A DNA stretch of 64,000 nucleotides from Macrostomum lignano (Eukaryota). The stretch is taken from assembly GCA_002269645.1 (NCBI GenBank), contig NIVC01000567.1:186001-250000 (forward strand), read 5' to 3'. This document shows positions 63,701 through 64,000 of this stretch, piece by piece. Each line of letters opens with the position of its first letter. The first letter of the stretch is position 1. The notes beneath the pieces are model-generated. The model searched no databases. It was given only the letters and a program-made list of their open reading frames with translations, and had not been told where the DNA came from. The translations under genes were made by a program, and so were the position numbers.

Positions 63701-63802
63701 ACCGGCTTGGTCTCGGCTGCGATGCCAGGCCTCAATGAGGGTGGCTGTGCGAGCAACTGAGCTGCTTGTGCTGCCCGCATTCTGCTGCTGCGCCTGCTGC
63801 AT
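48744..63802 (-). CDS. DCAF1: DCAF1 / VprBP / Mahjong, CUL4-DDB1 substrate receptor, ~1648 aa
   Basis: Eleven exons join in frame: 63802-63178 (DPDPFDERSP), 62768-62341 (EYQE, LLCHKKFSVEF), 61956-61777 (WLLECSH), 58726-58466, 57865-57344, 55879-54683 (DADCIRALAC, LisH ELLHLMYNHLLSKGLSESAAVLQREAGL), 53505-53231 (IISEYLLQQHAQCPNPVSTCPAFSLLEPH), 52900-52453, 51313-51005 (LVLNDGVLWDVR, HKFDKF, WD40), 50641-50282, 49085-48744 (acidic tail). The last acceptor is uncertain. Confidence 0.95.
49140..50275. repeat. Imperfect (ATC)n/(GAT)n trinucleotide array in DCAF1 last intron
   Basis: About 1.1 kb; reads as Asp-rich codons on the DCAF1 sense strand. Confidence 0.92.
51400..52260. repeat. Purine-only-like low-complexity array (GGGAGAGGGAGGCA) in DCAF1 intron 8
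   Basis: G/A-dominated tandem units. Confidence 0.9.
52940..53165. repeat. Degenerate ~43-bp repeat in DCAF1 intron 7
   Basis: Recurrent TTTCGATACATATCGGAT. Confidence 0.75.
53590..54500. repeat. 20-bp minisatellite (TCAGTCACTCTTGGATCATC) in DCAF1 intron 6
   Basis: About 45 copies. Confidence 0.95.
56020..57160. repeat. 24-bp then 28-bp minisatellite (TCATTTCTAATCTCATTCCTGACC, plus TCAT) in DCAF1 intron 5
   Basis: The unit lengthens by a TCAT duplication near 56680. Confidence 0.93.
57895..58320. repeat. Degenerate ~33-bp repeat in DCAF1 intron 4
   Basis: ACTAGGGGTATTTTTCTAT(A/G)GGAATTAAC-type units. Confidence 0.75.
58820..59445. repeat. 34-bp minisatellite (GACACAAAGGTGAGTAGCTGTGGACCCACTGAAG) in DCAF1 intron 3
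   Basis: About 18 copies, each containing AAG|GTGAGT on the + strand. Confidence 0.93.
59681..60706 (+). CDS. Nested antisense ORF/terminal exon in DCAF1 intron 3; Ser/Gln-rich protein of unknown family (first ATG 59714)
   Basis: A 1026-nt non-repetitive open frame directly follows CAACCAG (acceptor-like, 59678-59680). It has a polyQ tract like the host exons and is followed by a U-rich 3'UTR-like region with AATAAA at 61214-61219. Confidence 0.65.
   Translation: MLSIKRPTRARMSNDLSQHVAMLPADVGSIGISLRIMDSNGRLLVDLNQHLSLNQRSSTETVQLDVDCGETGSNNQIATTAYETDKFKSCRRSNSQRSQYRVRFDDSDSLAAPIATVSSASTMYIATPPSRELKTMKDNAASFSSSETSIDLIDRINGSLGRIASFARETRQQQQNSKQQQQQQKQQPKRPQYVSTQQQATSSDQFTSLSCCSAKDSNLSAPAVPICVKKTAWNAEELHYAIESDTVDDEDELLSKDTRQSAESRPATQATITFRGGFGDSNNFNVPTAANRPGSATTEAAGITGNSLANLLCKRYQRDIIIHTIRGVVDRLCRQQQTGRI
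61315..61727. repeat. 21-bp minisatellite (ATCCCAATTCCTACAATCCAG) in DCAF1 intron 3
   Basis: About 19 copies next to the exon-3 donor. Confidence 0.92.
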
Positions 63803-64000
63803 AGCTGTGTGCAGTTATGTATTGGTAAGCTATATAATTACAGTTTACAGTTTATTGGCAGCTTCAGCACAAACTGCCAATCAATTTACTCTTGTAAGTC
63901 AATACCAGTAGTGAAGTATAAATCATGAAGTAATAATAGTATTAAATGAAGAAGTATTTGAAAATCAAGATTTACATGCAAAATATTTACATATTTTAAA

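Overview
Eukaryotic (metazoan) genomic DNA with GT-AG introns. The GC-rich, polyQ/polyG-rich exons and satellite-filled introns resemble a Macrostomum-type flatworm, but that taxon call is an unverified inference. Five genes lie in tandem on the minus strand. In transcription order they are: DCAF1/VprBP/Mahjong (11 exons, 63802-48744); an intronless small TNF-receptor-like membrane protein with a BCMA/TACI/Grindelwald-type cysteine module (46396-45737); an intronless 1618-aa single-pass membrane protein with a huge Glu-rich repeat tail (44343-39487); a kinesin-13 (KIF2/MCAK/Klp10A; 5 exons, 37337-31214); and the 5' part of a PLC-beta4/norpA-like gene (7 exons, 19402-334, continuing past the window start). 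A ~1 kb plus-strand ORF is nested in DCAF1 intron 3. Mobile DNA includes a DD34D mariner with an internal deletion, a deleted Tc1-like element with ~143-bp TIRs, a 100-bp piggyBac-type MITE, two tRNA-SINE families and a foldback-like pair of inverted GGCGCC arrays. Almost every intron longer than ~300 bp carries its own minisatellite. Most long ORFs in the supplied track are repeat read-throughs or antisense shadows. Exon boundaries were read by hand and checked for frame continuity; family names come from remembered motifs, not database searches.
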